From an uncultured Candidatus Saccharibacteria bacterium (GTDB lineage: Bacteria > Patescibacteriota > Minisyncoccia > Phycocordibacterales > UBA9973): a DNA stretch of 64,000 nucleotides. The position numbers were made by a program, and so were the translations under genes. The stretch lies in NCBI GenBank assembly GCA_964482735.1, contig CAYZYV010000001.1, positions 16,172 through 80,171 of the forward strand. Reading direction: 5' to 3'. A model generated the notes under the pieces. It had not been told where the DNA came from. It saw only the letters and a program-made list of their open reading frames with translations, and made no database searches. Below are positions 60,701 to 64,000 of this stretch, in pieces; positions within the stretch are counted from its first letter, which is position 1, and each line of letters begins with the position of its first letter.

Positions 60701-60841
60701 CAAAATCTTTGCTCTGGTTATCTCTTTATATCTATCTTTGTTAATTACAATATCCTCTTCTTTGAGATTAAAATCTTCAGGAAGAAAGTCTTGAATAAAA
60801 TTAACAAAAGATTCTGAATTGTATTTTTCGTTTAATTTCAT
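57719..60841 (-). CDS. Gamma-class N6-adenine DNA methyltransferase of the Eco57I/PglX/DrmMI type with a C-terminal target-recognition region.
   Basis: Motif X GSFYTPRQIVEYMV, motif I ILDPACGSGAYP and motif IV IIGNPPYNAD. A ~350-aa region follows motif IV. The start overlaps the upstream gene's stop (ATGA). Confidence 0.8.
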   Translation of the reverse strand: MKLNEKYNSESFVNFIQDFLPEDFNLKEEDIVINKDRYKEITRAKILGFCESLDLHVLEMDHNHDKDPRVAIATDAFKILADHWIHRALVIFKNKDSDNYRFSYLTISLDLNDKNKVVKKYSNARRYSFYLGTNAKVKTPEQQLIKKGKIKDVDDLLNRFSVEVVNKQFYLEVAKFFDELVSIEDQNLILPGVSETDINTRKSFAVRLIGRAMFCWFLKQKKSDNGQLVPDEILSSKVVSDNYYHNTLEPLFFGVLNTSIDARDIRNELFDKVPYLNGGLFNPQSDDYYELDRGTFASKYINTLKISDKWFKEFFELLETYNFTIDENTVFDQELSVDPEMLGKIFENLLAKKIDSETGKNEQKDTGSFYTPRQIVEYMVDQSLIEYFKTKTGIEEKKLTALVSYDLTDDTEYPLVQKEKEQIIDAIESLKILDPACGSGAYPIGALQKIVYILQQVDPDCTLWLERKLKGVPDLYKQKIINEVKQNPFDYTRKLDVIKNSIFGVDIQPIAVDVSRLRCFLTLVVESEIDDNKPNRGIEPLPNLDFKFVCANTLVSLPKSTATNLFDDHSGITELSKIMSEYFSCNSQRKNELKIRFTNAQKDILEKTVSAFGKNTGELTLKLTTWNPFGNHSNNWFDAEWMFGLQDKFDVIIGNPPYNADLNDEERKFFKDTYESVKSGRQDTAAIFVELAHRVAKEDFNICYIIPYRLFSRKRNHGAFQEYVLKRLSINEIIYLGKDAGFESAKDEFMIVLFSKHLVGNSIKICNKPDFYKSSNLDFIQVQQSVFEENEEININISKFDHSLLRKIEKDQQILADICEVRDGIVPYIREKMLSNLKIDDRYVKFAGVSGTYKLDRYHFSAEEMYLCYDINEARKYISDVEELRKVQLRDREIFLQPEKIITSQNSAQLKGSIDRSQYFVSNSIHSTYLKDQFKNKYRLSFILACMNSSVLNYYYNSKRLKGVDLHPQILITTLKILPIPKITSESEELVNKISDLVEQVIRLKNDGIVDTDNLEKQIDDYVMEVYGLNKEEKEIVRNS

Positions 60842-63800
60842 AGTGCGATTAATTCTTCAGAGAGAACAATGAGTTTTCCATCATCATTTGCTCTATCCGC
60901 AGTTTCAAAGATACTTTCAAGGTATTTGCTTGGAATAAGCTCTTTAAGTTCAAGGTACGCCTTCTCTGGATTAGTTTTATCAATACGAAGTTCTACAATC
61001 TCTTTAAGTACTCCATTTGGAAGAGCATCAAGATCCTTAATTGCTCTAATAATATCCAAACATAGGTCTTTTGCTTGAGGGTATAACTCACTAAGCAATT
61101 TAACCCTGTTGAGCGCATCTTGCTTTCGACCACCATCGACAGAAGCTTTTGTATTGTCTTTAAAGATATGCTCTTTAGCCATTTTATAGATTGGATCAAA
61201 GTTTACTGTTGTCTGTAGTGATTCTTCTGAATCAATAACTTGATTAAACAAAGGAAGTGCGGCTTGTGGAGATACTATTTGAACTGTTTCAGGAGTATTT
61301 CCAAATGCGAATACATAATTTCCGCTTTTCTTTGCAAAAGCGACCACACCACTGATATCTTTGGTATTTCGAGCAATTCTTGATCGGTGCGGAATTCGAG
61401 AAATCTGATCCATTATTTTCTTATCGTCCTTAATCTTGAGCCAGGTATTACGATATGGTGCATCCCAAGACAAACTTTCATTTTTACTATTTTCTTCTTT
61501 GTATTGCTTAGCAAAGTAGTTCTTCAGATCTTCTTCTGATGTAAGAGTTTTTGTATCTTCACCTAAAAGTGTATGGATCAAATCCATCTTAAGAGTTGAA
61601 ATTGCTTTTGTTCGAGTTTCAAGCTCTCCGGTAAGTGTCGGGAAGAAGTTGTAAATATACAATTCATCAAAAACTTTTCTGTTGATACGGTTGATACGAC
61701 CAACACGTTGAATAACACGAGTTGGGTTATATGGAATATCGTAGTTTATGATTGCTCCTGCTCTATGCAAGTTAAACCCTTCGGAAATTGCATCAGTGGC
61801 AATAATGATATCGAAGTCATTAGACTGTTTTGGTTCTTCAAGTCCAGCATCAAAGTTTGATCTGATTATTTTCTTATTCTCATCTGAAGCATCTTCTGAG
61901 CTATATTTAAAGACGCGAGCAAATCCATCCTTTTGTAGTTTTTGGAATACATAGTTTGCAGTATCAGAGAACTCTGTAAATACAACAATCTTTCTGTTTG
62001 AATTTTCTGCTAGTGATGTTGCAATCTTTTGTTTAAAGAATTCAAACTTTGGATCACTCGTCTTATCAGACCAGTCTTCTTCAATCCCTTTAAGAAGTGC
62101 AATATCGTGTCGTAGATGATCACCAAATTGCGGTTGTAGTTCGCTTAATGGAATTCTAATAAGTCCTTTATCTTCAAGTTTGTTGAGAGTTTCTTCTAGT
62201 TCTTTTTCATCAAGTTCACTTAGATATTCTGAATCTGGCAATACACCTTTTTTAAATATTGGAACTTCCTGTCGATTTTCATACCAATCAAGCATAGCTT
62301 CAGAAGAAGTAATCATGTTTTTTAACGACAACTTAAATGCTCCAACAGAACTCTCAAATCGTCGAACTAAAAGTCTTCGCATAAACCGAGCAAGGTTGCT
62401 TTGTCCTTGTTGGATACGCTGAAGTTTCTCTTCTGCTGACATTCCATCTTCATCATCTTGCTCAATTAACTTTTCAAGGAATTTTGAACCTTGGTTAATA
62501 TATGAAGCTGGCTTATATCGTGCACCGATAAAACTAGTACTCCGATCTTCTGGGGCAATTTTCTCAAGAGTATTCACATAAAGATCAAACATATCACCAA
62601 GATCATACTCGAGAAGTTGTGGATCTTTCACTTTTGCAAAAGCAACACCTTGAGCTTTCAGGTCTTCCTTGTATTCTTCAATTTCCTCCAAATCAAGTCG
62701 TGATCTTCGAATAATCAACGGCTCAATCATTTTTCTTAATTCATCTGCAATCGAATGTAGCTCAACTTTGATTTCAGAATTATCTGATTCATCTTTTGTA
62801 CTCTTTCTTAGATCTCGACGGACGGCTTTGTATCGTTTAAAAAGCATATGGAAAGACATACTTAGGTTTTCCACTGTTCTAATCGTTGATTGTCCTGGAG
62901 TACTAAAGAGCTTAATCAAGGCGTAAATATCTTTTGGATCGTTATTGAAAGGAGTTGCAGATAGAGCCATTACATAGTTACCCGCACAGAGTCTGTGCAG
63001 AACTTTGTAATTGTCAGTATCTTCATTTCGATGTTTGTGGGCTTCGTCTAATATAACCAAAAGTCTACCCTCATCATCACCGTGTCGTTGTAATGCTTCT
63101 TCTATTTTTCCAGTTGAATATACAAAACCTTTAAAATCAAATTCAGACATGTAGTCTTTCCATTGATTCTCGAGGTGAGGTGGTGCAATAATGATTGTTT
63201 TATAACCAAGGTTGTGAGCAATCGCAGAAGCAATAATACTTTTTCCTAGACCTACCACATCGGCAATGATTACACCTCCGAACTTCTTAATACGATCAAT
63301 ACCTAGATTGATAGCATCTTTTTGATATTTAAGATCAGAAAATTTACCCCCTGTAATATGTTTTGGGGTTTTCATGTTTTCTATTTCAGTAACAGCAAAG
63401 TATTCATTAAGTACTTTGTAATACATCAAAAGTGGATTTGGCAAAGCATAAAGCCAAATCTTGTCTTTCACTTCCTTGATAAAGGTTTCTGCTGAATCAA
63501 GATCAGTAATGACTATGTTGTCAGGATCATTCCACACTGATTCAAATCGTTTAACATCATCTTCGTAATAATGTTTTTCCATTAAAATACGGTTATGTTC
63601 TCCTTGACCCTTTAATCCTGAAAAGGTTAGGTTGCTTGAACCTTCAATTACAATTCCTGGAGTAATTCCGTTAGTTGAAAATTCAAATTTGTTGTGAAGA
63701 ATATAAAACTTTGAGTGGTTTGCTTGTGCTGTTTTTTTAATCTGCAAGCTACCATCTTTGATTTTATCTAAAAATATCTCAAAAGCTTTCTGAGATTCAT

Positions 63801-64000
63801 CATTATCAAAAAAATCTGTGTCGTTAAAAATCCTTGAAAAGTTCTCAATGTAATCATCCTTTGCAATAGAGCGAGAAGATGTCTTTGTATCTGTTGTATA
63901 TGAGTCCAGGTTTAAATCTTTGAGTGTTGAGACTTTATCAATAATTTTCTTATCAATATCCATTCCAACCAAGATTCTAATTTGTTTATCTTTTAGTTCA
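60838..64000 (-). CDS. PLD-family (HKD) nuclease fused to an SNF2/DEAH-box superfamily-2 ATPase. The N-terminus may continue past the window edge.
   Basis: HSKFYIL...IEGSSNLT (HxK...GSxN), Walker A ADVVGLGKSIIA, DEAH (VILDEAHKHRN) and helicase C-terminal motifs (IIATDAISEGFNLHRA, QRVGRINR). The frame stays open to nt 64000. Candidate starts within the window are TTG 63972 and ATG 63963. Confidence 0.8.
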   Translation of the reverse strand, partial: ELKDKQIRILVGMDIDKKIIDKVSTLKDLNLDSYTTDTKTSSRSIAKDDYIENFSRIFNDTDFFDNDESQKAFEIFLDKIKDGSLQIKKTAQANHSKFYILHNKFEFSTNGITPGIVIEGSSNLTFSGLKGQGEHNRILMEKHYYEDDVKRFESVWNDPDNIVITDLDSAETFIKEVKDKIWLYALPNPLLMYYKVLNEYFAVTEIENMKTPKHITGGKFSDLKYQKDAINLGIDRIKKFGGVIIADVVGLGKSIIASAIAHNLGYKTIIIAPPHLENQWKDYMSEFDFKGFVYSTGKIEEALQRHGDDEGRLLVILDEAHKHRNEDTDNYKVLHRLCAGNYVMALSATPFNNDPKDIYALIKLFSTPGQSTIRTVENLSMSFHMLFKRYKAVRRDLRKSTKDESDNSEIKVELHSIADELRKMIEPLIIRRSRLDLEEIEEYKEDLKAQGVAFAKVKDPQLLEYDLGDMFDLYVNTLEKIAPEDRSTSFIGARYKPASYINQGSKFLEKLIEQDDEDGMSAEEKLQRIQQGQSNLARFMRRLLVRRFESSVGAFKLSLKNMITSSEAMLDWYENRQEVPIFKKGVLPDSEYLSELDEKELEETLNKLEDKGLIRIPLSELQPQFGDHLRHDIALLKGIEEDWSDKTSDPKFEFFKQKIATSLAENSNRKIVVFTEFSDTANYVFQKLQKDGFARVFKYSSEDASDENKKIIRSNFDAGLEEPKQSNDFDIIIATDAISEGFNLHRAGAIINYDIPYNPTRVIQRVGRINRINRKVFDELYIYNFFPTLTGELETRTKAISTLKMDLIHTLLGEDTKTLTSEEDLKNYFAKQYKEENSKNESLSWDAPYRNTWLKIKDDKKIMDQISRIPHRSRIARNTKDISGVVAFAKKSGNYVFAFGNTPETVQIVSPQAALPLFNQVIDSEESLQTTVNFDPIYKMAKEHIFKDNTKASVDGGRKQDALNRVKLLSELYPQAKDLCLDIIRAIKDLDALPNGVLKEIVELRIDKTNPEKAYLELKELIPSKYLESIFETADRANDDGKLIVLSEELIAL

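Noticed and set aside
1-64000. A CRISPR array.
   Set aside because: No regularly spaced short direct repeats with unique spacers were seen. The tandem repeats present (20673-20768 and 19981-20065) are 2-copy and have no spacer structure.

Overview
The window is AT-rich (roughly one-third GC by eye) and genes are tightly packed, mostly without recognisable Shine-Dalgarno sequences. That, the minimal housekeeping content and three type IV pilin-like paralogs look like a small-genome, CPR/Patescibacteria-like bacterium; this is an inference from composition and gene content. From position 1 to about 49.4 kb the content is core. It holds a topoisomerase-type zinc-ribbon C-terminus, Rel/SpoT, ParB, ClpB, IscS-like desulfurase, IF-2, RbfA, SecG, RNase J, rpsF-ssb-rpsR, MetRS, GlyRS, IleRS, ArgRS, RecO, a dut/glyA/thyA/folA/dCMP-deaminase/kinase thymidylate cluster, an ECF-sigma-controlled ABC efflux operon and tmk. 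Three tRNAs are present (Tyr, Cys, Leu). Three divergent pilin-like paralogs with a conserved prepilin N-terminus and a DUF1566/Lcl-like C-terminus are interspersed. Each has a TATAAT box 6 nt before its start codon and long perfect palindromes upstream. From about 49.4 kb to the window end the content is accessory. It contains a lexA-led operon encoding a type II Thoeris-like module (two TIR-like DUF1863 genes flanking a 2TM+Macro gene). Next to it is a phage-like remnant (wHTH protein, ParB-MTase, TerS, TerL, large serine recombinase). A translationally coupled pair follows: a PLD-nuclease/SNF2-helicase fusion and a ~1040-aa Eco57I/PglX-like N6-adenine methyltransferase, which runs into the window edge. 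Three other points stand out. The isoleucyl-tRNA synthetase carries a complete histidine-phosphatase (PGAM-like RHG...H) domain inserted within its zinc knuckle. The tRNA-Tyr locus has integration-scar-like 3'-end duplicates plus a GC-rich foreign-looking segment. Several repeat and hairpin families occur. No CRISPR array was seen.
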